A stretch of 64,000 nt of DNA from the human T2T-CHM13v2.0 reference genome, Homo sapiens. This document shows, in pieces, positions 47,333 through 61,261 of this stretch. The notes below the pieces were generated by a model. The model saw only the letters and a program-made list of their open reading frames with translations, did no database searches and had not been told where the DNA came from. The stretch's first letter is position 1. Every line of letters starts with the position of its first letter. The stretch is taken from the NCBI RefSeq assembly GCF_009914755.1, contig NC_060933.1. One strand, written 5' to 3'. The position numbers were made by a program, and so were the translations under genes.

Positions 47333-48488
47333 AAGAAATAGCAGAAATGTCTTATAGTGGTATTATGAGAAAACTCATAGTTTAAATTATAGGAAAACAT
47401 TTTCACAAGAGGCATGCATTATTTTAGTCTGAAAAAAGTTCAAAAACAGACTTTTTAAAAATTCTAAATTTTATTTTGAGCCAGACTTTCCTGCCACCCT
47501 TCAATGGTGACAATTCCTTGCAATTCCTGCAGTTCCTTACATGTTTTATTTTCTTTGAAATTTAACTGAGTTTCAGATCTTTGGCTTCAAAGAGGAGACT
47601 AAATCCTGTTTTCCTTCATTTCCCAAATCATTTTTCATTATCTCCTACAACAAAATGCTACCTTTTCTGACACTTTTATGGTCTCCTTTTAAATGTTTCT
47701 AATGCAGAAGAAGCTTACTTGTTCTCACCACCCATTTGTTAAATTTATTTTCATATCTCTTAGTATTTCTTAATGTGGTGTATATCACAGAACATTTGTC
47801 ACTCAATAAGGGCATAGCATATCCAATTTTTCATTCCAGTTTTTATTATTCTGCCATCTGTATTGCTTTTATTTGGGAAGTTTCCTATTTGTAAAGAATG
47901 ATAGTTTTTCTTTCCTCTTAGTAGATCTATCTTGTTTATATTCTCATGTTTAGTGAAGACCTCATAGGATATATTTTAGCTGATCAGGGGAATTCTATTA
48001 TCTCTTTTCTGTAGCATAAATATTACATTCCATTCTTAAAATATTGATTTGATTGGTAATGCAAAAAGCTTTAGCACTCCAGAAAAAAATATATTTTCAT
48101 TTATAACTTTCAATGACAGAGTTCTTATTACACTTCAATTCTCTAAGTATATTGAATAAAGAGTAGAGAATTGTTCTTGGAGTTGGACCTATATTGATTC
48201 TAGTCCCTGCTCATTTATTTATTAGCTCTGTGACATTTATCTCTTTAATTCTGAGTTTCCTCATCTGAAAATGAGAATAATAATGATACCTATATTACCA
48301 CATTCCTATGAGAATGAAATGAACTGGTGCCCACAAACTTCTTACTTAGCTCAGTTCCTGGCACCAAAATAGTGCCCAGTGAATATTAACTATTATAATT
48401 ATCATCTAGTCCATGCTCTGGACTAAATACTTTGGGGAATACAAAGGTGAGCAAAGTTAACTCTGATGGAGTAGATGAGCTGTATTTA

Positions 48489-48919
48489 TGCTATAGTTTG
48501 AATATTTGTCCCCTCCAAATCCCGCGTTGAAATTTGATCCCCAGTGGTTGGAAGAGGGGCCTAATGGGAGGTGTTTGGGTCATGGGAGCAGATCTCTCAT
48601 GAATGGCTTGGTGCCAGAGGTAATGAGTGAATTCTCGCTCTATTAGTTCATGTGATAGCTGGTTGTTTAGAAGAGCCTGGCATCCTTCCCCGTTCTCTCT
48701 CTCCCTCTCTCTCTCTTGCCTGCTGTCTACCATGTGACATAGCTGCTGCTCCTTCACCATCCCCCATGATTAGAAGCTTCCTGAGGTCCTTATTAGAAGC
48801 AGATACTGGCACCATGCATTTAGTAGAGCCTGCAGAACCATAAGCCAAATAAACCTGTTTTTTAAATAAATTGCCCAGCCTCCGGTATTCCTTTATAAAA
48901 ATACAAATGGACTAAGACA
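48489..48919 (+). mobile_element. MaLR solo LTR (MSTB-like)
   Basis: tgctatagtttgaatatttgtccc...aataaacc...aaatggactaagaca termini. Confidence 0.88.
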
Positions 48920-50571
48920 ATCTACAAAGAATTCAAGTATAAGGTAGAATGCATATGTGCTAGAGAAGAATACAAACAAAATGGTATGGAAAGATAGAGG
49001 AAGGGAATATTCAATGAGAAGTTTTAGGGAAGGTTTCATGAAGGAGAGAGAATTTGAACTAGATATTGAAAAATCAGAATTAATTTTCAAAGGCTTGGAG
49101 ATAAATAGTATATTCTGCAGAGATAACCAAGTAAATGACATACAGATAGTCAATGGCTCTGAGTGGCTCTACTAGCTACATCTTTTTATGTTAATAGGTT
49201 TTTTACTTTTTTCAGAGAAAATTATATCCAGCATTTTTAATCTTTAGACTAATAACACCAGGTAGACACAAAGCTATTCCTGGAACATTGCTTTATTATA
49301 GATAGGAATTCCATAACCAATTACCTCCTATTTGCTAGAACACACTAACACAAATACATAAAAAATACAGACTAAACTATAATAGAAGGCAGTTTTCTCT
49401 GGTGTTTGTAGCACCTCTCTTCTACTAATTTAAAATATCTTCATCACTGAGGATGCCTCCTATTAAAATGTTATATCTGAGTTATACTAATAACTATGAA
49501 ATTACCAGGTGTCTCTGCTTGAGTAGTTGGAATTAATTTTTTTGCCTCATAACTCTGGAGACTTCTCAGAAAGTGTAGCTAAAGGTTTATTCATCAAAAT
49601 CCCCTTCTAATGAATCGACTCTGATGATTCTGCTGTTGTCAGAATGGATGTTCTAGGAAGTTGTCATCACACTTGACCGTAATGAAAATGCTGCCCTGGA
49701 CCATCTCCCCAAACTATGTGTCCTCAGTATTGTGGGAAGAACCCACTTCATGATTTCTAACCAGGGTAGCCTCTGGAAGTACAAATGATTGCTGTAAAAT
49801 TATGAACAGAGCAGCATCAGGCTTTGCTCTGATGTATCTTATGAAGCCTTTCTACTTCCAAATGAAGACTATGAAGAGAACCTTGAAACAATGCCCTTCT
49901 GGGAGCTCATTCAGCAAGCATATTCTGAGGGCATATTCTGTTCCACTCTCTACGCATGGAGGATTCTTGTGGTGAGGAAGACATTCTTCATTGGTTTTAA
50001 AGAGCTCACCATTTAGCACAGTCAGCCGCTGAGACAGGACTGCTAGATAACTACAGAGGTTATGCATTGCACCATTTGTACACCTCGTACAACCCTATGA
50101 GGTAGCCCTCAGGGTTCAAATGGAATGCATCTATATTTTGAATACAGAGTGATATATAATAACAAGAAATCCTGGATGTCTAATTGACTGTCTTCCCAAA
50201 CAGCATAGCAGATTACCTTTTTAGTCTCATCATTTATGTGCAGATTATGAAACACATTTATTAGTCAATAGAGTCCCTTCCTGCATTTATACATTCTCCT
50301 CATAACTCAGTTGTTCTACTTCACTTCCATAAGGCTGACTTGCAAGTCTGAATTTATAGTTGTGTTCTCTTTCCTAAATTTAGTTCAGTTATCTCCCTCC
50401 ATAATTTACATTTAAATATCCCACTGTAACCTAAAACATAGCTTCCTTTGTTAATTTCCCCGTTGTTACGAAGAAAAGTATTATTCCTCAGTAATTTGGG
50501 CTCAAAATATTACCCTAATCTTTGACTCCTTCTGTCTTCCTCAGTCCCAAGACACATCAAAGGCTGATCAA

Positions 50572-51163
<592 letters not shown>

Positions 51164-51381
51164 CATAAATTGAGTGTTGTGCTCCAAAAGAATTTGAATA
51201 TGATCTACTTTAATTTTGTCAGTCTGCCAGAAGTGGGCCTTATAATTCGTTCCTTAGGAGAACTCACGAAAGGTAGGAAATTGAGGAAATTTGGGTGTTA
51301 GGAAGGTTTTGAAGTTAGTTTACAAAGAACATAATTGGAGCCCCAGTGACTAAGACCATAATGCTGTTGAGTGGCTGGCCA

Positions 51382-51426
51382 GATGGATGGATGGATGGAT
51401 GGATGGATGGATGGGTGGGTGGATGA
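51382..51426. repeat. (GGAT)n microsatellite
   Basis: Direct read. Confidence 0.93.
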
Positions 51427-52019
51427 ACATCAATTTTCTAGACCTTGGGGCAGAAGGTTAGGATTGGATTGCAGGAGCAAGACAGAAAACTGAATTACAT
51501 TATCTGGTCAGGCTTCGCTTAGGTTGATTTAACTCTTGCTAATCTCACTAATGAGTTAGACTTAAATCTTGCCTTGATTAGAGTCAAGGTAAGCCCCAAA
51601 ACTGAAGGAAGGAGAGCATACCCTACAGATAGAGAACTTCAACTGGGAAAATTGGAAGGTCACAAGGACCCCAGAAGATAATTATCAATCCCATTCATTG
51701 TTTGTCAACTAAAAAAACTTCAAACTAAAACCTCCAGAGTAATAAACAGTTAGACTTCCTGCAAGGAGCATCTCACACAGAAGATAGAGCCTGGAAGAAA
51801 AGGCTGGGAACTGACATGAAGCACCATGTAGGCCACAAAAAGGAGCCGGAAATAATAGACTAAATGGTATAATAATAAGTAACGGGCTGGTAGCACAATC
51901 AACTAGAGTTCAGAAATGCAGTCTATGCTCTAACTGATTTCCTTTCCTGAAATATTTCATATTTGCTTGGGTGGCTCTATAGTCATTTGGGTCCATCATG
52001 GAAATTTGTATCATTAATA

Positions 52020-52757
52020 CACATTTTCTGTTAATACGAATAACATAAAAGTGGCTTAGATGACAAGCACATCTATTATTTTACACATCAAGCAGTCTTA
52101 CATAACAAGAGGTAATATCCAGGGTTGATTAACTCAGTGGCTCAATGATATTAGCAAGGACCTGGGTTTTTAAATCTTTATTCTCCGCTGTAATCAGGAT
52201 GTTGGCTTATACTCTTAAGCTAGCTTTCCTTGGAGTTAATTTCAAGGTGGCTGCCTAAATTTCAGGCATTGCATATAGACCACAATATCTAGAAGCAGAA
52301 AAATCAAATACCCGTATCTTGTTTATCTTTTCAACATGGAAAATCTTCTCAGAAGCCCTGTGGCAGATGCTCTTTCCATTCCTTTGATTCCCAGGCCTAA
52401 TCCTATCCCTTGGCAAGGAAAATGAAAACTTCCTGATTGCTATGTCATTCAAAGTCACCTTGGCGGGCACCAGTAATCCCAGCTACTCAGGAGGCTGAGG
52501 CAGAGAATTGCTTGAACCTGGGAGGCGGAGGTTGCAGTGAGCCGAGATCATGCCACTGCACTCCAGCCTGGGTGACAGAGCAAGACTCCATCTCAAAAAA
52601 AAAAAAAGTCACCTTCTGAGTTTGGCAAGGACCCAGCCTTCTCTGAAGGACATATCTACTTAAAAGGAGACCAACCAATATCAGGGTTCTGTTGGCCTAA
52701 AAGCCTAGAAGAGGATGGGCATATATATTAGCCAGGCAATCCATGGTGTCAGCCACA
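52020..52757 (-). mobile_element. Old MaLR LTR (MLT1J/K/L-like) split by an Alu right arm (52461-52605, TSD aaagtcacct)
   Basis: cagtggctcaatgat...aaggacctggg...caaggtggctgcc...gtgtcagccaca. Confidence 0.6.
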
Positions 52758-53169
52758 ATGTCTGTTGGACACTTACAGAGCCTTGTGAACCTAACTACTT
52801 TCAAAAGCAATGGCCATAGGCTGTAGGTCACCTTCATGGAATTCCATCTAGTGGCATTGCCCTTTAGCTCTAGGCTACAAGAAAACCAGCTCTACAGACT
52901 CTTTCTTGCCACTGGGGTGACCCTAACTTTTACCCTAACTTGATGTTCTTTCTATTTTTTTTTTTTTTTTTTTAGCAAATGTGCATATTTCCTCCCAAAT
53001 GCTCCCAAATGAGGAAACAGTCAAATCACTTAGCTGTTCCAGTAACAAACGCGGGCACCACCTCACATGTTGTTACCCCACAAACTTAACTGAGAAGTGT
53101 AGTGATAAAAAGCAATCATCTAGTCTCTGAATTCAGAATTTAAAAAGCAATGATCTGAAAATTGAAAGA

Positions 53170-53850
53170 ATTCATTTAATAACAAGATATTTATTGAGCA
53201 CCTACTAATCATAAGGTACTGCTCTATATATGTGGGATATAGCAGTGAACAAAACAAAACAAAAATCCCTGACTTCAAAGATCTTACATTTTGTTGGTGG
53301 GAAACAAACCAATAAACAAGCGAATACATTTTTAAAGTATATATTATATCAGATGGGGATACATGCTATGGAAAAAAAATAAGACAGGTGAGGGTGATAG
53401 GGAGTGTAGGGATTTGCAAATATAAATAGGGTGATCAGGGTAGACCTCACTTAAGAAAGTAATATTTAAGCAAATACTTAAAGATTATGAAGGAACAAAC
53501 CTTTCTGGGAGAGAATATGCCAAGTGCAAGGTCCAGAAATGGGCACGTGCTTTGTATTTACAAGAAACAGTTAGCAAGGAGGCCACTGTGGCTCTAGTCA
53601 AGTAAGGATGAGTTCAGAGATCACAGAAGGCCTGTATGCTATTTAATGATTCTACTTTTACGCTGCACAAGAGGGTATGGTTATTGAAGTGTTTGAGCAC
53701 AGAAAATATGATCTAGCTTATATTTTGAAAGGTTCATTCTAACTGCTGTGTTGAGGATGGACTGTCAAAGGATGAAAGCAGAAGAGAGACTAATTAGGAA
53801 GCTGAGAGTTGATGTTGGCTTGGACCAGAATGGTAGTGGCAGAGGTGGTT
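53170..53850 (-). mobile_element. L2 fragment
   Basis: atatttattgagcacctact...cagtgaacaaaaca...ggcttggaccag. Confidence 0.7.
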
Positions 53851-56030
53851 AGAAGTCCAATTTTATTTTTTTCTAATTTGTTTATTTTAATTGACAAAAA
53901 TTGTATATATTTATGTGTACAACATGATGTTTTGAAATGTGTATACATTCTGGATTGACTAAATTAATTATGAGGTAGTACATATGTTAATTATATATAA
54001 CTACCTCATATTTATACATGGTGTCAACACTTAAAATCTACTCTCTTAGCAATTTTCAAGCACATAATACATTGTTATTAACTCTAGTCACCGTGTTGTA
54101 GCCAATATTAAATATATCTTGAATTTTCTGCAAATTATAGATGTGAAAGGAAGAGTCAATGACTTTGACACTAAGTTTTTTTTTTAAGCCTCATTTTTTA
54201 AAATGTTTTCTTAAGGAGAACTTCAAACATATTCAAAAATAGAATAGTAAAATGACCCTCCATGTATCATCACTCAGCTTCAGTAATTACCAGGTCATGC
54301 TAATCTTATTTCCTGTATTCCTTCATTAACTTCTCCTCTTCCCATGTTAAAGCAAATCTCAGATATTGCAGGGATATCATTATATCAATATGTATTTCTA
54401 AGAGGAAATGACCTTTTAAAATGTAATCATGATAGTACTTTTCAAAAAATGTAACAAGAATCACTTAATATCATAGTATCATAAAATGGCCAATTGATGT
54501 TCCAATTACCATTGTCTCATAAATGTCATAAATGTTTTTGTTTATTTACACATGTTTGAATTGGATTCCAAATAAGAGCTATATATTGTGATTGGCTGAT
54601 ATGTCAAGTCTTTTTTAATCTATAGTTTCACCCTCCATCTCTCTTTGTTTCTTTTGGCTTTTTCTTTTTTTTTTTTTTTTTACAACTTTTTGGCTATTGT
54701 GGCTTAACCCCTGCCCTAACTTGATGTCTTAGTCTAGACTGATTGCCTCAGTAAGATGATTCTCCCTTCAGGTGTGATAAACCTATTCCTCAGTCCTATG
54801 TATTTCCTGTAAATTAGCTGTTGGATCTAAAGACTTGATCTGATTATTGTTCAATTTTTTTTTTCTTTTTTAAATTTCTCATTTTTATGGGTATTTAGTA
54901 GGTATATGTATTTATGGGGTACATGTAATGTTTTGATACAGGCATACAATGTGTCATAGTCATATCAGGGTAAGTGGGGTATTTATCACCTCAAGCATTT
55001 ATCATTTTTTGTTAGAATTACTGTTCAATTTTTGGCAAACTGTTTTATTATTATGGTACATTCATTCTTAGGAGGGACATAATGTTTCACTGTGTCTGTT
55101 TTTATGATGTTAACAATTAGTGGTGCTCAGTGCCTAGAGCCCATTGTTCATTAGGAGTTGCAAAATGCTGATACTTTAATTCTACCATCTATCCTACAGT
55201 TATTAGCTGGAATAATTCATTAAAGAGAAACTTCCCCATATCTACTATTAGATTACTCAATGGTACAGTTCATATAGGAAAGGAAGGATGAATGCTTGAT
55301 TCTCCCTCTTTATTTACCAATTTTTAAAATAATGAATTGGTTTCCTGGCATCCTCCTAGGATAATCAATTAATTTTTTTTCATTTTTAATATCATTATGA
55401 ACAAGGCCTAGAATTTTTTAGTATCATTTTAACATATTTACTATATCAATCCATTGAAGTTATTATCCTTAATTAGTATTCAAATTACTCTGTTTTTGGC
55501 CTGTGGGAGGCCTGTCAAGTAGACTTCTTGATCCATTTGACATGAGCCTAGTATTTGATAGCTTACTTGCTATCTGCTATGTCCAAATATTCCAGATTCA
55601 TTTCTATATTTTTTGTTTTAGACCTGGAATCAGCTATTTCTCCAATAGCTTTACTTTTAGTAGGAAAAAGTATTTGGAGAACACAATCTAGGATCTAGGG
55701 TGCTCACTGCTACCAGGTTGGTGATTGTTTCTAGGCTTTTATAGTGGACAGAGCTTGCGGATTTTTTTAAGCAATAAAAATATTTCATCACTTCCTATTC
55801 TAATTCTGGGCTAAAAGGTTTTAAACTTAACCTCTTCTTACATCTCTACTCCTTTTGCTCACCCAGTCAAGAATGATAGAATATCACATTGTCTAGATGA
55901 AAAACCTGAGATGCAAGAGCTTGAGTAATTTATCATTAAATGGCAGAACCAGGGTTCAAATATGTATCTGTTTGACTCTAAAGTCTGTGCTTAAAGTCAT
56001 CTTTAGAAAATTTGTGTTTAGCCAGAGCTC

Positions 56031-56300
56031 CTTTGGGAAGCCTAGGCAGGATGAGGGGTTGAGCCCAGGAGTTCAAGACCAGCCCTGGCAACATAGGAAG
56101 ACCCCATCTCTACAAACAACAACAACAAAACAAAACAAAAACTAGCCAGGCATGGTGGTACATGCCTGTTGTCCCAGCTACTCAAGAAGCTGAGGTGGAA
56201 GGACCACTTGAGCCTGGGAGGTCAGGGCTGCTGGGAGCCGTGCTCCCACCACTGTACTCTAGCCTGGGCAAGAGAATGAGACCTTGTTTAAGAAAAAAAA
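56031..56300 (+). mobile_element. Alu (J-type)
   Basis: Sense Alu with (CAA)n linker. Confidence 0.88.
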
Positions 56301-56459
56301 GAAGCCACAGATCCCTTGCTGCAAGGCGTAGCATTTTTAGCAGAACTGCCAGGTAGAGAATTCAATTCAACTAACACACACTGAGCACCTATTAATATTT
56401 TTATACAAAGTCCTGTTCACCTGTATGATACTGGTGTCTATTAACAAATTTGATTTGTT

Positions 56460-57560
56460 GATTTATCTACAAACCTAGATTTATCCAGAATGCAACCACT
56501 TTTCTCAACATTCCCTTTACCACCACTTTGGTCCTAGCCACCATCATGTTGGGTTAGATTATTGTAGTAACCTTGCTTGGATAATTATAATAGTGTCCTA
56601 ACTGGTCTCCTGGTTTCTGCTCTTGCCCCCTGCAGTCTATGCCCAACATATCAACCAGAATGATCCTTTAAAACTTAAGTCAAAGCATGTCAGTCCTCTG
56701 CTCCAGACCCTTTAAAGGATTTTCCAGTTGAGCGCAGTGGCTTACACCAGCACTTTGGGAAACCAAGGCAGGCAGATCACTTGAGGTTAGGAGTTCAAGA
56801 CCAGCCTGGCCAACATGGCGAAACCCCATCTCTACTAAAAATACAAAATTTACCCAGATACGGTGGTGTGTGCCTGTAGTCCCAGCTACACCAGAGGCTG
56901 GGGTACAAGAATCACTTGAACCTGGGAGTTGGAGTTTGCAGTGAGCCAAGATCACTGCACTCCAGCCTGGGTGGCAGAGGGAGACTCTATCTCAAAAAAA
57001 AAAAAAGATTTTCCATCTCAGAGTAAAAGACTAAGTATTTCCTGTGATCTATCAAGCCTTTTATTTCATGTTCTGAATTCTGTTGTTTGTATGACCTTAT
57101 TTCTAATCTTCCACATATTTCCTCCACATACACCACTCTGACCTCAGTGCTGTTCCTCTAGTAGGTGAGTCAAGCTCTCACCACAGGTTTTTGCATTTGT
57201 TCTTCCCTCTCCTAGGAATGCTGTTCCAGTAGGAATCTCTGTGTTGAACTCCCTTGCTTTCATTAGTTTCTTATTCAAGTCACTGTCTCAGTGAACCCTT
57301 TTCTGGCAATCCTATCTAATACCCACCTCACCTCACACATTGTATTCTCCCTACTCTGCTTTATGTCTTTTCTTAGCACTTAACACTATCTAAAATACTA
57401 TATATTTTACTTATTTATCTTGCTTATTGTCTTTTGCCCCACTATAATATAAACTCCCTGAAGTTGGGGTTTTATTTTTGGTCTGTTTATTCACTAATTT
57501 ATCCCCATTGCCTAGAACTAGTAGTTGGTGCTCAAAAAATATTTGTTGAATGAATGAGTG
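56460..57560 (+). mobile_element. L2 3' fragment interrupted by a sense Alu (56727-57006)
   Basis: cctaactggtctcc...tgatcctttaaaac and the tail aatatttgttgaatgaatga. Confidence 0.75.
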
Positions 57561-57829
57561 TACTTCTAAAGTTATAGCTTTAATAATTCTCCCAGGTGAT
57601 CCACGATTTCTTACATGATGCATATATTGTGGGCAAAAAACATACTATGAGATTCCAGTTGTCTAATATTAGAATATTTTTAAAGGAAGAATAATCCTGT
57701 TTTGCTATCTTTCTTTTTCTTATACAATCCTTCCTCCCCACCCCAGCGACTCCTGCTTGTACTTCATAGAATATTTCCTCTCTTGGAACTAGATATTTCT
57801 TTCTCTTTTCTTTCTTTTTTTTTCTTCTG

Positions 57830-58600
57830 GTTAAATAGCCACAGACTGTCCATTTGAGCTGACTCTTGCTGGAAAGTGAGTCAGTGCAGCCTAGTGGAGA
57901 GCAGAGGCTGGAGCATTTGCATCTCCAGAATGTTTGTATTGACAAATGGCAGTCAGTTATTGACATTTTTATCCCTTGGTGATACTTCAATTGGCTTATC
58001 TTTGCTGGTCAAATGCCTTAATTGTTCTGGCCTTTAATTCAGTCAAAGTTGGAGCTAGAGCAGAGGGGAAAGAGAAGGAGCCAGACTAACAGAACATCAA
58101 GCTTGAGCTGGGAGGCTGCTGGCAACGATCAGCCTGTCATAATGTTATGATTTGTTCATTTTTATACCATTTATTAGCCTTTACTTGTTGTGCCATTTGG
58201 CCTCCAGGGCAGATAAAGTGCTGTCTAATTTGGTAGGTTTGCTTCTGTCAGAGCAGCCTCGACAGGGAAGGTGTTAGCTGCAGTGACAAATAATCAATAG
58301 CTGTCGTTGTCATGAGGAACGTGAGCAGTTGGGCCTTTCATCTGGAGGATTAGAGGTCTAATTGGATTGAGAATAGGGAGGGTGGGCTGTTGGGTAACCC
58401 TGTCAGCCTTGTGAAGCTGTCAAATATCGGCCTTATTCATGGTGAAGGGAATAAGGAACCTTGTGCTTTCAGAACTGAGGAGAAAGGCATGTGAAAGCCC
58501 TTTATACAAAGGAATAGCTCCTGAAGTTGATTCAGCTAACATATGCTTCCTTTTAAACTTAATTAAATATCCCTTTAGATAATAAATCTATGGAACTTTA
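57830..58600. promoter_or_regulatory. Candidate intronic enhancer / conserved non-coding element
   Basis: No recognisable repeat; AP-1 TGAGTCA 57877, octamer ATTTGCAT 57915, GATA 57995 and 58211, CTGTCA at 58134, 58245, 58400 and 58417, TAATTG 58359. Confidence 0.5.
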
Positions 58601-60011
58601 AATGACATTTTTAAGGTTGGATGTGTAATATACACACACATTCACATATAACGCTATACAAATCCAGGTTGGTTCTTTTGTCTTTGCTGATGCCAGAAGA
58701 TAAACCACTTGAATGGAGGTGAAAAATGAAACTTTATGAGAGAAATTGCATAAGTTGTCATCTCATTGTCAGAATTAACAAGTGATAAGCATTTTTAATA
58801 CTATTAATAGAAAAAATAAGTGAGACATTAAACTGATAGATTAGTTAATAATGAAGTATGGATATGTGACAGTTATTTTTCTCCCCTGGTCATTTAGAAA
58901 TGTGGTTTCCTATAAAACAAATCTTTCATTTATTCCAACCTGAACTAATCCAAAAAATGAAGAATTATGCATTGGCTAAATTACTTCTTCAAAGGAATGC
59001 CTAATTTTTTCTTCCTTAGCAAGTGACAGGATTGCATTTAAGTGATATCAATGGTATCATGTCCAACTCAGTCCCAAAATGTTTTTGTATATCCCTACAT
59101 ACTTACGCTGTACTCCTTTACATTTATGGTATAATGCCATCATTTGGAGTATGAATGGAGAAGGTATTTGAGAAAAATGAGTTAGCTCGTTCTCTAATCT
59201 ATGGAGCTCTTAATACTACCTCTGCAAGGCCAAGTAAATGACTTTAAATTCCACTAAATTTCATAGAAATTGAGCAAATTTAATAATGATAAATGTTAAA
59301 CACAATTTTATAAAAAAAGTATAAACTTCTTTATGAGTCCATTCTCTATGTACAAATTAAATTCAGTGCATTGCTGTTGTCCAAAAGCAGGTATAATTTT
59401 AAAAAATGTTTTTACAATGTGGTAGGTACTAAGAGCATTTGTAAGCATCCTCTATACAGTATATCTTTATGAAAGCCCTGAATAAAGGTGAGTTGACAGT
59501 AATGCCAAGAGTATGTGAATAGGCATTTCTAACTTATGGATTATATACTTAGTCCATTTCTATAAACCCATGGTCCCTTTTCTATAGTCATTCAAAGCCC
59601 AGCTAACCAATTTGAAATAACTTCAAAAAATACTCCAAAAGAACTAAATGTGTGTACAAAAGACACTAGATGGATGAACCTGGTTATCTCATTGGGCCCT
59701 TCAAACCCTGAGGTCCATACTATTTATTACCATTACAAATGTTTCATTAAGTTCTTCCTGATCAGTGCTGGTTTGAAAATTCTATGATTTTACTCACTTG
59801 TGTAATCCACAGTGAAGGTCAGCAAAATTCTCAATACTACTGACTAAGAATTTAGAATTATGGTTATCTAAAGAACTTGCTTTGCTTGATCTAAACTAGA
59901 AATATTTAAAATTTCAAACAATTATTTGTGATTACAGAAATTTCTCAGATTTCATGCAGTTCTTCTAGAGCTCTATCTGTGGAAGTATAGTTGTGAGTAC
60001 ATTTATACTTA

Positions 60012-60355
<344 letters not shown>

Positions 60356-60895
60356 GAAATGGTAAGATCAGATTTGATATCCTTGCAAAAGAAGTTCAAA
60401 GTTTAAATAGGTTTAAATAGGTTTGTGTTTGGGGTTTTGATCAGAACATACTTTCTATGACCTATAAACAAAATTGTTGCTCTTGAGGTTAGATGAGAAT
60501 ATTTTGTTGCTTTGTAACTCCTTATAATCCTTATTATTCACTCAACAAATATTTGTGCAAAAGCCACTGTGCTAAGTTATGGAAATACAACCATGACAGG
60601 GACTATCCTGCCCTCAGAGAAGTTCATAGTTTAATGGGGACAACAGACAAGCTAAATGGGTAATGAAAATGTAGTATTCCTGTGTTAAATGCTAGGAAAG
60701 GAGTAAGCCTAGGTATATCATAGGAAAATGTAAGAGAGGCATCTAAGCCATCCTGGGGTGTTGTGGTGAAGAATGGCTTCCTTCAATAGATAGCAACTAT
60801 GCTAAGTGGAGAGGAGAAAAGAGAGAGGAAGCCCATTCCCAAGGAGTATTCCCTCCATTCCCTTGGAGTATTCTCAAGGAGGGAAAGAATATGTA

Positions 60896-61261
60896 CAGTC
60901 ACATGCCACATAATGACATTTTGTTTAACTTCAGACCACATATACAATGGTGGTCCCATGAGCCGTCACACCCAGCCTGTTTTTTATCTTTCATAGAATA
61001 TTTTTACTGTATTTTTTCTATGTTTAGATACGTTTAGACACATGAATACTTACCATTGTGTTATATTTACCTAGAGTATTCAATATAGTAATATACTGTA
61101 CAGGTTTGTAGTCTAGGAGCATCAGGTTATACCATATAGCCTAGGTGTGTAATAAGTTATAACATCTAGGTTTGTGTATACTATGATGTTCACACTATGA
61201 CAAAATCACCTAATGATACATTTTGCAGAACATATTCCCATTGTTAAGCAACATATGACTA
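60896..61261. mobile_element. Tigger3a/MER7-type TcMar DNA transposon
   Basis: TA|cagtca...tgact termini; internal ccatatagcctaggtgtgta consensus text. Confidence 0.85.

Noticed and set aside
49808-49834. Short inverted repeat cagagca...tgctctg suggesting a small RNA hairpin
   Set aside because: Stem too short; no snoRNA boxes or miRNA-length stem
58208-58232. Possible 25-nt microexon (cctccag|...|gtaggt)
   Set aside because: Splice-like motifs only; frameshifting and unsupported without RNA data
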